Shown piece after piece: positions 48,415 to 57,777 of a DNA stretch of 61,890 nt. The notes below the pieces were generated by a model. It saw nothing but the letters and a program-made list of their open reading frames with translations, did not search any database and was not told the origin of the DNA. This stretch comes from Candidatus Kerfeldbacteria bacterium (GTDB lineage: Bacteria > Patescibacteriota > Patescibacteriia > SBBC01 > CAIJZX01). The DNA is taken from contig CAIJZX010000029.1 of the NCBI GenBank assembly GCA_903825245.1, forward strand, positions 1 through 61,890, given 5' to 3'. Positions within the stretch are counted from its first letter, which is position 1; the number at the start of each line of letters is the position of its first letter. The position numbers and the translations under genes were made by a program.

Positions 48415-49878
48415 TTATCCGATCGGTAAATTTGGCGGCGGTGTGCCAACGTGACGCACCGGTTGTTGCTCTGGCGGTATTTCAGATACCGTCACTGGTT
48501 GCGGGATCACTGGAAGATGCGTCGGCACTACTACATCTTTTTCCGATTTCGCTTTTGGCACATACTCAACTTCCTCGCCGACCGGTAACGCTACCGGTGG
48601 TTCACCGCGTTTGGCTTCTTGCTTCTTGACCTGCGGTGCCTTAACCGTAAGAACCGGGAAGTGCCACAGCGAAGCCAGCTCTTCAATATTTAAAACAAAA
48701 ACTTTTCGGCCGCGCCAAATACTCCGGTACTTATAGCCCCATAATATTCGACGCTTTAAATTGGCGACACGACGTTGAACGAAGAAAAAGTCGCGCGATG
48801 TTTTCATTTTGCTATCGGGCTTAAAACCGTTCAGATCAAGCGTATTGAATTGCTTTAAGGCACCGGTAATGGCAGAAACCCGCGCCTTGCTAAACACATC
48901 AACCGAACCGAAGTACAATGTCCGGAACTTCACATCAAACCCAATTTTGGAAATTTTCATACCAATTGCTTCAATGACATTTTTCACATTCGACGGCAAA
49001 TGCATCATCATGCTCGGCGGCTCGTTATCATTTTTCGTTTTGGTACTCGTTTCACCAGGATCAAATAGGGTGCGCGTAATCGTTTCCCACGTCCCTAAAG
49101 CCAAATTTGCCGGTGCTTCAGTGAACATCGCGGCTAATCCAGCGTTCTTTTTCTTGGCTGATTTCAAGCCAATGATTTTATTAATAGCGTCAAGCCCTTT
49201 TTGTCGCCATTTATTGTCCGCGTTTGGGCGAAGGACGAGTTGTAACCATATTTGTTCGCTCGATTGCAAGCGCCCCATCATTTCTAACGTCGAAGCCAAT
49301 GGATCAAGAAATGTTTGCGTTAAACTATGTTCCCAACTCGGATAGGTTCGGATTGGATAATACTCTGGCGCCGTTAAGGTCATTTCCGCGCCCCACATAT
49401 CATATTCATCATTCGGAAACTTCGCGGCAAATTGATCGACATAATCTTCAACTTCAGAAATTTCCGCATTCGGGTATTGAGCGTAAATTGCCGCTTCCAC
49501 GAGATCTCGTTGTGGAATCGGTGCGCGAATAATAAATTGGATAAACCCACCGAGTGAAATGAGCTCAACCGTAATCGTCGGCTGAACATAACCGTCACGA
49601 TATTTTTCGAAAAAATTAGGATTTTTATGAATTCCATGAAAATGGCTAAACAAGTGTTCGACCGCTTTCGGTGTCTGCTCATTTTCTTTCGGCACATCGA
49701 TAGCGAGCAACACGTATTTCGTGTTCATGATAAACCGACCCTGAATGTAATCCAGGTAGAGCCACCAAATACCAAAGCCGATGGCGAGAACTAATACAAT
49801 CCACCCACCATGCAAAAACGCCCACAACATGGCATCGAGTGGGGTAGAAAACGTAGGAATCGTTATCGTCACATTCAT
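48415..49878 (-). CDS. Membrane-anchored partner of the ATPase (homologous to the N-terminal half of 23999..26497)
   Basis: AQYPNAEISEVEDY vs AQYPKAQIEEIEDY; YPIRTY vs YSIRTY; LNIEELASLWHFP vs LNSEEINSLYHFP. Confidence 0.8.
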   Translation of the reverse strand: MNVTITIPTFSTPLDAMLWAFLHGGWIVLVLAIGFGIWWLYLDYIQGRFIMNTKYVLLAIDVPKENEQTPKAVEHLFSHFHGIHKNPNFFEKYRDGYVQPTITVELISLGGFIQFIIRAPIPQRDLVEAAIYAQYPNAEISEVEDYVDQFAAKFPNDEYDMWGAEMTLTAPEYYPIRTYPSWEHSLTQTFLDPLASTLEMMGRLQSSEQIWLQLVLRPNADNKWRQKGLDAINKIIGLKSAKKKNAGLAAMFTEAPANLALGTWETITRTLFDPGETSTKTKNDNEPPSMMMHLPSNVKNVIEAIGMKISKIGFDVKFRTLYFGSVDVFSKARVSAITGALKQFNTLDLNGFKPDSKMKTSRDFFFVQRRVANLKRRILWGYKYRSIWRGRKVFVLNIEELASLWHFPVLTVKAPQVKKQEAKRGEPPVALPVGEEVEYVPKAKSEKDVVVPTHLPVIPQPVTVSEIPPEQQPVRHVGTPPPNLPIG

Positions 49879-51029
49879 TGGGCCGGGGTCGACGCCGTCG
49901 GTTCAGCCAAATCGTATCGGCCATCCGGCAATCGTCGGAATTTGTTTTTATTTGTTAATGCCAACGCCACAGTATTCTTTTTTACCATGCGTTGTTGCAT
50001 AACGCGTTTCATAAGTTCTTCACGATCCATCGGCTGACCAACCTCGCGGATGATGTCCGCTAAAACGTCGGCTACGACGCCGGGCTTGTATCCCCATTCA
50101 CGAAGCGCGTAGATTCCCCGTCCAACCAGAACGTACTCCTTATTCAAAATAAGTTCATTGTGCACCGTTGGTGGATACGCTTGGCGATGATCAAAGCCAA
50201 TTTCATTTATTTTCTGAGTAATTTCATTAAAATGCATTGGTTTTCCGTGCTTCCGCATCACCAGCAATATTTTATCATGCATTCGTTTTGGAACGATTGT
50301 CCCCCAGGTACGTAAACCAAGTTCACCGAACGGATTTCGTTCAACCGATCGTGCCACGGCCAGGTAGCTGAGTAGTGTTTCGTCTACCAATTGATCCGCA
50401 TGCTGTTGCACCAGCGGCGTCTGCCGTAAGCGCTGAAGAATGTCCGACTGTGATAGCGGTTTTGCGGCCGTTCGAAGCACATCCTCTGCGGCGGCAATAG
50501 TTTCCGCCACCAACGACGTATTCACGAACTTCAGTTTCCAATATGGCTTATATTCTGACACATCGACGCGCTCGACTTTGTCGTCGAGCAACTGTTCAAG
50601 CAAAAAACTGACAGCTGCTTGTCGTACTCGTACGGATTCCCCGGTTCCTTGCAAACGCTGGAGAAGTTCTTCTTCGATCATCAAACCGCCGCTTTTTTCC
50701 AATAATTGCTGAAGCACCAAGGTTAAGCCGTGCAGTAAATGATTGGTGCTGCCCGACTGCTTGATATGGGCAATGGCCCAATGCTGAATTTGTCGAACAC
50801 GTTCTCGGGTCACTTTATACGATTGACCGATGACCTCCAATGTTTCCGGCTCATTCGCGCTAAAACCATACCGTCGACGTAAAACATCGGCTTCTTTTGA
50901 CGATAAAAGCTTCAGCAAGTTGTTAACCGTCTCGAGCGGGTCGAAGTGCTCAAGGGTCTCACTTTGCTGGCTTTGCAGGACACGGTCGAGTAAATTCGAC
51001 AGCGGTTGTGGTTGTTGAGAATCTTCCAT
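49875..51029 (-). CDS. Sigma70 region-4-like plus winged-helix (RNAP delta/HARE-HTH-like) protein
   Basis: RRRYG...TLEVIGQSYKVTRERVRQI; PMHFNEI...TVHNELI...VGRGIYALREWG; start placed at ATG 51029. Confidence 0.8.
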   Translation of the reverse strand: MEDSQQPQPLSNLLDRVLQSQQSETLEHFDPLETVNNLLKLLSSKEADVLRRRYGFSANEPETLEVIGQSYKVTRERVRQIQHWAIAHIKQSGSTNHLLHGLTLVLQQLLEKSGGLMIEEELLQRLQGTGESVRVRQAAVSFLLEQLLDDKVERVDVSEYKPYWKLKFVNTSLVAETIAAAEDVLRTAAKPLSQSDILQRLRQTPLVQQHADQLVDETLLSYLAVARSVERNPFGELGLRTWGTIVPKRMHDKILLVMRKHGKPMHFNEITQKINEIGFDHRQAYPPTVHNELILNKEYVLVGRGIYALREWGYKPGVVADVLADIIREVGQPMDREELMKRVMQQRMVKKNTVALALTNKNKFRRLPDGRYDLAEPTASTPAQ

Positions 51030-51185
51030 AAACAATAGCTGAACACTGAACAATCTGAGTATAGCATAATATTGACAGCCTGTCAAGCAATCATTTGAAT
51101 CAGAGCCCAGTTCTTCAATGAACACTAAAATCCCCTCCTTGGCGAATGGTTATCCTATCTTCCGCGACGAATCTTACGCCTACAC

Positions 51186-52085
51186 TTATCGTCGATGATG
51201 TTTCCAGCGCTCGTACACGACCAACAATGGTGTGGCCACGAAGATTGACGAATACGTGCCGCTGGCGATACCAATTAATAGCGCTAGCACGAAATTCTTG
51301 ATCGTCACTCCGCCAAAGAGGAATAATGCTGACAGGACAAGCAATGTCGTGAGCGATGTGTTCAGCGAACGAATTAACGTTTGGTTTAAACTAACGTTCA
51401 CCGTTTCTTCAAACGTCGGCTCTGTCCCGACAATCAGGCGTTCTCGAACGCGATCAAACACCACGATGGTGTCATGCACCGAAAAACCAAGAACCGTTAA
51501 GAGCGCCGTCACAAACAAACTGTCAATTTCAATATTGAAGAAATGTCCAAGAATAGCGAAAATACCAACGACAATGAGAATGTCGTGTGCTAAAGCAATG
51601 ACAGCCGAGGCACCATAGACCCATGACGGTACCGGCCCGATGCCAACTTTTCGAAACGCCCAACTCACATAGAGAATAATCGCTACTAGGACGATGATAA
51701 TAGAAGTAATTGCTCGGTTCACTAATTCCGCGCCTACCGTCGGACCAATTGTTTCGAAGAGTTTTTCTGTGACCCCGCTGTAGTTGGTGTTTAATGTATC
51801 AATAATCTTCTGGCGCTGATCATTCGTCACCGTCGGCATGTTGATGACACTATCGTGATCCCCTGAGGTGATAGCAGTCGCGGTACCATATTTTAAATCT
51901 GTGACTGTCTTGGCAATCGCCTGAGCATCTGGACGCATTCCAGCAAAGGTAACCGTCATGCGCGTACCGCCGGTGAAGTCAATCGACAATCGCATGCCCC
52001 ACATGGCTAAGGCAATCATCCCAGGAATGAGAATCGCCAGCGAGAAACCGAACAGCCAATTTCGTTTTTGAATAATCTTATACAT
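51186..52085 (-). CDS. secF: Protein translocase subunit SecF
   Basis: IDFTGG, IGPTVG, ALAHD, GFSVHDTIVVFDRVRE, GTYSSIFVA. Confidence 0.96.
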   Translation of the reverse strand: MYKIIQKRNWLFGFSLAILIPGMIALAMWGMRLSIDFTGGTRMTVTFAGMRPDAQAIAKTVTDLKYGTATAITSGDHDSVINMPTVTNDQRQKIIDTLNTNYSGVTEKLFETIGPTVGAELVNRAITSIIIVLVAIILYVSWAFRKVGIGPVPSWVYGASAVIALAHDILIVVGIFAILGHFFNIEIDSLFVTALLTVLGFSVHDTIVVFDRVRERLIVGTEPTFEETVNVSLNQTLIRSLNTSLTTLLVLSALFLFGGVTIKNFVLALLIGIASGTYSSIFVATPLLVVYERWKHHRR

Positions 52086-53739
52086 GATGTTCAGGAGTTA
52101 CCGTTTTTGGGGCACTAAAACCGAACAGCCAGAGATGCTTCCCCATCCAGCGACTCACTACGAGGCGCAAGAACGTTCGTGTGACCGTTAAGGCGGAGAA
52201 CATGGAGACCAGAATACCAATGCTCAACGTAAAGGCGAATCCTTTGATGAGACTCGATCCGAAACCGATAAGAATAAAAGCCGTTAGCAAACTCGACACA
52301 TTCGAGTCACGAATCGATAGCCAGGCGCGGCGGAACCCTTCGTCAATTGCTGACATCAGCGGACGTCCCTGCGCTAACTCCTCTTTCGTCCGTTCGAAGA
52401 CGAGAATATTTGCGTCCACCGCCATACCAATCGATAAAATGAAGCCGGCAATTCCGGCCAGCGTTAATGTCACCGGCCAGAGCTTGAAAATGGCTAACGT
52501 AATCAAGGTGTAGATTCCCAAGGCAAAGACCGCTAACAATCCCGGTAAGCGGTAGTACACAATCATGAAGATCGCCACCAGAATCAAGCCGATAAGTCCC
52601 GCCACTAAACTTCGATCAATCGAATCGCGCCCGAGGCTCGGTCCGACATTCGATTGACTAATCAAGGTAATCGGTACCGGCAACGCACCGGCATTCAGCC
52701 GTTTGGCTAGATCTTTGGCGTCTTTCAGGGCGAAACTTCCCGTGATAACTGCGGTACCGTTCGTAATTTCTGTTTGTACGCGTGGCTCGCTAATCGGTGA
52801 TCCGTCGAGATAAATGGCGATAACTTTGTTAAGGTTCGCTTTTGTCAATTCGGCAAAAAGTTTTGTTCCTTCGCTGTTAAATTGTAACTGCACTTGTGGC
52901 GCACCGCTGCTTTGATCAAAAACTACGTCCGCGCGCTTCAACTGTTTACCGGTTAATTGCGTGGTAACGTAATTATTGCTATTGATTGGCGAAGTTACAA
53001 CACCAATCAAAATGTGCGCCGCATGGACTTCCAACACGTCTTTGCCGTTGACATTCGTCGTTCGGGAAGCAATACGTTCAATGATGTGATAGCCAAACTC
53101 TGTTTTTACTGGTGTTGGCGAGACTTGTCCGTCTTTGAGGTTTTTAAAAAGTTCATCGTCAAACGCCGTCACAAACTGACCCTGCTGTGCCCAACCAAGA
53201 TCGCCGCCGGCATCCTTCGTTCCGGTATCATCCGAGTACTGCTTAGCTAAAGCCGTAAAATCGGCTTTTGGCTTCTTCACCAACGCCAGCACGGTATCAG
53301 CCTTCGCCTTAGCATCGGCATCAGCTAAACCTGTTGGCGTCGCCAACTGTCGAAATTCGAGTAATGGGGTTTGGCCGATAAGTTGAATGGCTTGATTAAT
53401 GTCACCGACGCCAACAAGATCGACGCTGACGCGGTATTCCCCGCTGACCCGGCTGGTCTGCACCTGCTGTTCAGCCACGCCGTTCGGGTTCACCCGGCGC
53501 TCAATCACATCGCGGACACCCAACAACGCGGAGGCGCGGTCTGCACTAGGAACTTTTGACATATCGGCGCGATATATCAGGCTCGTCCCACCCTTAAGAT
53601 CAAGACCTAGGACGACATTGAGATCACGATGAAAACTGCCGATATTGATATTCGGTCCTTTCGGGTAATCGACAACACCAACGGCGGCGACCAAGAGAAG
53701 TAAGAAACCGGTAGATATCCAGACCTGACGACGTTTCAT
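52078..53739 (-). CDS. secD: Protein translocase subunit SecD with an inserted parvulin-type PPIase domain
   Basis: LGLDLKGG, GALPVP, GMAVDANILVFER, DSN; insert FTALAKQYSDD...GGDLGW...VKTEFGYHII. Confidence 0.95.
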   Translation of the reverse strand: MKRRQVWISTGFLLLLVAAVGVVDYPKGPNINIGSFHRDLNVVLGLDLKGGTSLIYRADMSKVPSADRASALLGVRDVIERRVNPNGVAEQQVQTSRVSGEYRVSVDLVGVGDINQAIQLIGQTPLLEFRQLATPTGLADADAKAKADTVLALVKKPKADFTALAKQYSDDTGTKDAGGDLGWAQQGQFVTAFDDELFKNLKDGQVSPTPVKTEFGYHIIERIASRTTNVNGKDVLEVHAAHILIGVVTSPINSNNYVTTQLTGKQLKRADVVFDQSSGAPQVQLQFNSEGTKLFAELTKANLNKVIAIYLDGSPISEPRVQTEITNGTAVITGSFALKDAKDLAKRLNAGALPVPITLISQSNVGPSLGRDSIDRSLVAGLIGLILVAIFMIVYYRLPGLLAVFALGIYTLITLAIFKLWPVTLTLAGIAGFILSIGMAVDANILVFERTKEELAQGRPLMSAIDEGFRRAWLSIRDSNVSSLLTAFILIGFGSSLIKGFAFTLSIGILVSMFSALTVTRTFLRLVVSRWMGKHLWLFGFSAPKTVTPEHHV

Positions 53740-53818
53740 CCCGTTAGACAGTCCTAAGCAAATAAGGTAATCCTCGGCTAGACTTCTGGACCCGGTATCT
53801 TGGGCTGTCTAACGGGAT
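53738..53818. mobile_element. 81-bp MITE/REP-like element with 14-bp terminal inverted repeats on the secD start codon
   Basis: ATCCCGTTAGACAG (53738-51) / CTGTCTAACGGGAT (53805-18). Confidence 0.65.
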
Positions 53819-53890
53819 CGTGACAAAAACAAAAATAAAAGAGAGGCTGGTAGAGTATACCCCCTCTTTACCCGTCCGACAAGTCCTGCT

Positions 53891-55333
53891 TTATTTCTCG
53901 ATTACCACCGGCGTCCCAATCGGCGCCCAATCGTACAAGGACTTCGCGTCGGTTAATGTTTGGCGAATACAACCATGTGATACCGGTGTGCCGATGTGGG
54001 CGGCGCCTTCGTATAACTTACCACCGTCTTTCAGCTTCCAATAGGGCAAGGCATGTAATCCCATTGAACCGTCCGGTTGAAATGCCATCCACCATTCCAT
54101 GTACAACCCATATGCTTTCGAATAGGCGTTCGGAATTTTATTGTACGTCTTGTAGATTCCCGGCGGCGTCGGGGTTGACCACTTGCCAGTCGAGACACGG
54201 CGGATAGAAACGATTTGTCCGTTCTCGTACATGGTCAGTGTCTGCTTCGATAACGAAACGACGATTTTCTTTGCCCCGCTCCCGACGCCCGGTTGGCTCG
54301 TCGGCACAGCAACAGGAATCAGCACACCGGCAATAACTGTACCAGCGACACGAATACCGCCGCGGAACAGATTCTCAAACATGACCGTACTCGATTGCAG
54401 CGTACCGTGCATATCGAACATTCGCGCATCCGGTCCACCGCCGAGTGACGGGCCGGTGATGACGCGATCATTTCGAAACGCAACGTTGATTCCGGTTTTT
54501 ACTTTCGCGTCGTAGGCCAACCATTGCGCCAGTTTTGTTTTTGATGTCATTCCCCACACTTGCACCACCGGCTGATCACCTTGCGATGCGCCGACGATGA
54601 CGACGTTTTGCGCAAAGGTATCGCTCCATCCGCCGGCGACTGTGACGCCATTGCCGGACAATTTTCCAAACGGCGAAATTGATTGTACGACTTTCGAACC
54701 CGACGCGGTGTAGACTCGCACTTCATCTTCACGACCGAATCCAGAACCAACGATGATGTAACCACCAGAACCGTTACGTCCAGAAATGATGCCGATATTC
54801 ATACCGCCGGTGTAGCCGGATTCAAACGCGTTAAACTTTCTCAGCAATGTTCCGCTTACATTGAAGACGCGGACTTCGGCGTTCCCGCCGGCTTGCGTTG
54901 CGACCACGATTTGCGTCGAGCCATTACCGTCAATTTGTCCGGCGGCGACCGTGACGCCCGATTTTATTTTTTTATCAAACGCATAAAATTGCGACAACAT
55001 CGTGCCGTCGGCTGTGTAGACTTCGACTATCGGGCCGCCGTTCGGTCCAGCGCCAATAACATACTCATCAACTCCGTCGCCATTCACATCCGCCACCGCG
55101 ACTGTTGCGCCGCCTTTGAACTTCGGAACGAGAATTGGAATACGTGCCGCTGAAGAACCAATTCGCAATTCAGGCGCGCGGGTTCGTGTGACCGGCACGA
55201 CAACTGCCGGCGTCGTCACCTTCTTAGCAGTCGTGGCGGCAAATGTTTTCGGCGCAACGAAAAACGCGACTCCGACGAGCGCTGTGAGAAAGAAAACGTA
55301 TGAAAAAATCCGTTGGTGCCCAACGTGGGGCAT
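53891..55333 (-). CDS. L,D-transpeptidase (YkuD) with N-terminal FG-GAP-like repeats
   Basis: Signal/TM; VAVADVNGDG-type repeats; VSTGK...TPPG, LHALP, SHGCIR; start placed at ATG 55333. Confidence 0.88.
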   Translation of the reverse strand: MPHVGHQRIFSYVFFLTALVGVAFFVAPKTFAATTAKKVTTPAVVVPVTRTRAPELRIGSSAARIPILVPKFKGGATVAVADVNGDGVDEYVIGAGPNGGPIVEVYTADGTMLSQFYAFDKKIKSGVTVAAGQIDGNGSTQIVVATQAGGNAEVRVFNVSGTLLRKFNAFESGYTGGMNIGIISGRNGSGGYIIVGSGFGREDEVRVYTASGSKVVQSISPFGKLSGNGVTVAGGWSDTFAQNVVIVGASQGDQPVVQVWGMTSKTKLAQWLAYDAKVKTGINVAFRNDRVITGPSLGGGPDARMFDMHGTLQSSTVMFENLFRGGIRVAGTVIAGVLIPVAVPTSQPGVGSGAKKIVVSLSKQTLTMYENGQIVSIRRVSTGKWSTPTPPGIYKTYNKIPNAYSKAYGLYMEWWMAFQPDGSMGLHALPYWKLKDGGKLYEGAAHIGTPVSHGCIRQTLTDAKSLYDWAPIGTPVVIEK

Positions 55334-55339
55334 AGTTTT

Positions 55340-55572
55340 ATGTGTAAAAAAGAAAAGGTGGAAGAGAGAGCCGCAAAGGGCAGGTTTCGCCGTAAGGCGA
55401 GACTCACCACTCGGGTGATACCTGGGATCAATGGTTCTCATCCCACGAATCACCTGGCGGCTCTCTCCGCGCTTTTTGTTTTTCTTTGTGTTTCCGAAGG
55501 AACACATTGAGAGTTTTTATTGAAAATTACTCTCAACTACCGTAGTTTAGCACAAAAAAAGGGTTTTGTCAA
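55340..55572 (-). promoter_or_regulatory. Promoter and ~200-nt structured 5' leader of the L,D-transpeptidase
   Basis: TTGACA(55567-72)-N17-TAAACT(55544-49); 11-bp closing stem 55457-67/55364-74 with internal hairpins and a downstream U-rich tract. Confidence 0.6.
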
Positions 55573-55616
55573 CGTGTATTGACTTTCTACTTGTCTTGGC
55601 GTATTCTCCTCGCATT

Positions 55617-55673
55617 ATGAATCTTATTTTCGACATACAAAGTAATTCCTATTATAACGACGCCTCTCAATGA
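55617..55673 (+). CDS. Putative leader peptide MNLIFDIQSNSYYNDASQ
   Basis: 18-aa ORF starting 9 nt after TTGACT-N17-TATTCT, followed by competing antiterminator and terminator structures. Confidence 0.55.
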   Translation: MNLIFDIQSNSYYNDASQ

Positions 55674-55674
55674 T

Positions 55675-55732
55675 CCGAGTGGTGCGCTAGTGCATTGTGC
55701 CTCAATAGCCGCCTTCTCGGGCGGTGTTTTCT
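55675..55732 (+). promoter_or_regulatory. Attenuator (antiterminator/terminator)
   Basis: Terminator GCCGCC...GGCGGT-GTTTTCT (55708-32); alternative pairing CCGAG/CTCGG, GGTG/CGCC, GCTA/TAGC. Confidence 0.55.
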
Positions 55733-55756
55733 TATTTCCATAATACCTCACTTACA

Positions 55757-56425
55757 ATGAAAACTATTGGCATCCTGGGCGGACTTGGCCCACAAACAAC
55801 TTCTGAATTCTTTCTCGACGTCATCAAGCGCGCTACAAAAATCCAACGCCCTGCGCTGTGTATTTGGAGTTTACCATTAAACATCAAAAAGGAGGCTGAA
55901 CATATCGCTACCGGTAAACATGCCGATCATTTTTTAACGTTACTGATACAGGGAACTCAGGTATTAAATCGAGCCGGAGTTGATGAAATTGTCATTCCCT
56001 GTAACACCGTACATGAGTTTCATTCGCAACTCCTCGCTCGTTCACACGTACAAATAGCAAACATTATTGATCTGACCGCTCAAGAAGTAGGGAACAGAAA
56101 TTGGCGGTCAGCTTTGCTATTAGCCACCAGTCAAACCATTCGTCAGGAGTTATTTCAAAAAGCTCTTGCGCGAAGCGGCGTCGATTTACGAATACCTTCA
56201 ACCCACGACCAACAACAACTCGATGCATTAATTCAAGGGCTACTTACTCCCCCACTCTTAAGCAATCCACAAGAATTTTTACAACGAGTAATCAGGCGTT
56301 CACAAACACAAAACATTATTCTTGGCTGTACTGACCTACAACTTGTGCTACAACCAAACGAACATGTTATTGATAGTATGCAAGAGCTAGCAAAACATAC
56401 TGCAATTATTGCGAACCAAGATTAA
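55757..56425 (+). CDS. Aspartate/glutamate racemase family protein (RacX/YgeA-like)
   Basis: MKTIGILGGLG, IPCNT, ILGCTD (two catalytic Cys). Confidence 0.9.
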   Translation: MKTIGILGGLGPQTTSEFFLDVIKRATKIQRPALCIWSLPLNIKKEAEHIATGKHADHFLTLLIQGTQVLNRAGVDEIVIPCNTVHEFHSQLLARSHVQIANIIDLTAQEVGNRNWRSALLLATSQTIRQELFQKALARSGVDLRIPSTHDQQQLDALIQGLLTPPLLSNPQEFLQRVIRRSQTQNIILGCTDLQLVLQPNEHVIDSMQELAKHTAIIANQD

Positions 56426-56540
56426 GATAAGACCAGCTTTAAACTTTCTGTCACAAATTTGGTGCGGTCGAATTATTGGTCATTTTTCGAGTGTCACAAA
56501 AACGAAACATGGTGTATTCGTACTCCCCTGGCCCGAAGTT

Positions 56541-56610
56541 GTCAATACAGTCTCTTGTCATTTCTACTCCCGCGAATGCGGGTGGAGATGATAGGAAGAA
56601 TTGTATTGAC
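56541..56610. repeat. Long imperfect palindrome with a REP-like CCCGC-GAAT-GCGGG tip
   Basis: GTCAATACA...TGTATTGAC outer arms and TCATTTCTA/TGGAGATGA inner arms, between convergent genes. Confidence 0.65.
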
Positions 56611-56656
56611 GCTACGTACGCCATACAATTTTTTTCGATATAGTAACCGCCGTCAA

Positions 56657-57757
56657 CTATATACCTTCTTCTTGAAGTTCTTTGAGCAATTTTTTTGCCT
56701 TGCCGGAGAGCGATGTTGGGATATGCACTTCAACGGTCACTCGTTCGTCGCCGCGACCACGACCGCGAAGATGTGGAATACCTTTACCTTTAATCAGGAA
56801 TACTTTTCCGCTCGGCGTTCCAGCCGGAATCTTGAGCGTTACTTTTCCGTCAATGGTGTCAATATCAATCGTCCCGCCAAGGCTCGCCACGGTTAATGGT
56901 ACATTCGCGTTCACCAACACATCGTCATCATTACGAGAAAATACGGCATCGCGTTCAATATCGACCTCGAGGAACAAATCGCCTGACGGCGTGCCGCGCA
57001 AGCCCGCTTCACCGCGTCCGGTGAGTTTAATGCGTTGGCCTTGATCGATGCCCGAAGGAATTTTGACGGTAATCGTTTCGGTTTGCTCAGTCCGACCTTG
57101 ACCGTGACAGATCGAGCACTTCGTTTTAATCGTCACGCCTTCGCCCTGGCACGACGGACACACCTGGGCGGTGCGGATAGCGCCCAAAATTGTTTGCTGC
57201 ACACTTTGTACTTGGCCGACACCCTTGCAGTTAGCGCAAGTTTCAGTATCCGTACCAGGTTCAGCGCCCTTACCGCTGCAATGCGCGCACTGTACATGGT
57301 GACGTAATTGAATTGTTTCTTCACCGCCAAAGGCCGCCGTTTTGAACGAAATACGAATCGTGGCTTGGATATCGCCGCCGCGCGTCGCTTGTTGTCGCCG
57401 ACGCGAACCGCCGCCAAAGCCGAACATGTCGCCGAAGATATCGCCAAGGTCGCCCATGTCGACACTACCATTGAATCCTCCGCCAAACGGATTTCCGGCG
57501 CCAAACGGACTGCCACCAGCCGGACCGCCGCCTTGGCGTCGAGCTTGGTCATGGGTTTGCCCAAATTGATCGTACTGACTGCGCTTTTCAGTATCACCAA
57601 GAACCTGGTAGGCTTCATTGATTTCCTTAAACTTCTCCGCGTCGCCTGTGGATTTATCCGGATGGAATTGGTGCGCCTTTGTCCGAAAGGCTTTTTTTAT
57701 TTCGTCGGTGGTCGCGCTTTTCGAAACCCCGAGCAGATCGTAGTAATTGGCGGCCAT
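56657..57757 (-). CDS. dnaJ: Chaperone DnaJ
   Basis: J-domain HPD, G/F region, four CxxCxGxG motifs. Confidence 0.97.
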   Translation of the reverse strand: MAANYYDLLGVSKSATTDEIKKAFRTKAHQFHPDKSTGDAEKFKEINEAYQVLGDTEKRSQYDQFGQTHDQARRQGGGPAGGSPFGAGNPFGGGFNGSVDMGDLGDIFGDMFGFGGGSRRRQQATRGGDIQATIRISFKTAAFGGEETIQLRHHVQCAHCSGKGAEPGTDTETCANCKGVGQVQSVQQTILGAIRTAQVCPSCQGEGVTIKTKCSICHGQGRTEQTETITVKIPSGIDQGQRIKLTGRGEAGLRGTPSGDLFLEVDIERDAVFSRNDDDVLVNANVPLTVASLGGTIDIDTIDGKVTLKIPAGTPSGKVFLIKGKGIPHLRGRGRGDERVTVEVHIPTSLSGKAKKLLKELQEEGI

Positions 57758-57777
57758 AAGGATTCAACAATACCAAA

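Noticed and set aside
55364-55467. c-di-AMP (ydaO) riboswitch or T-box
   Set aside because: The conserved sequence blocks of these families are not visible; kept only as an unknown leader.
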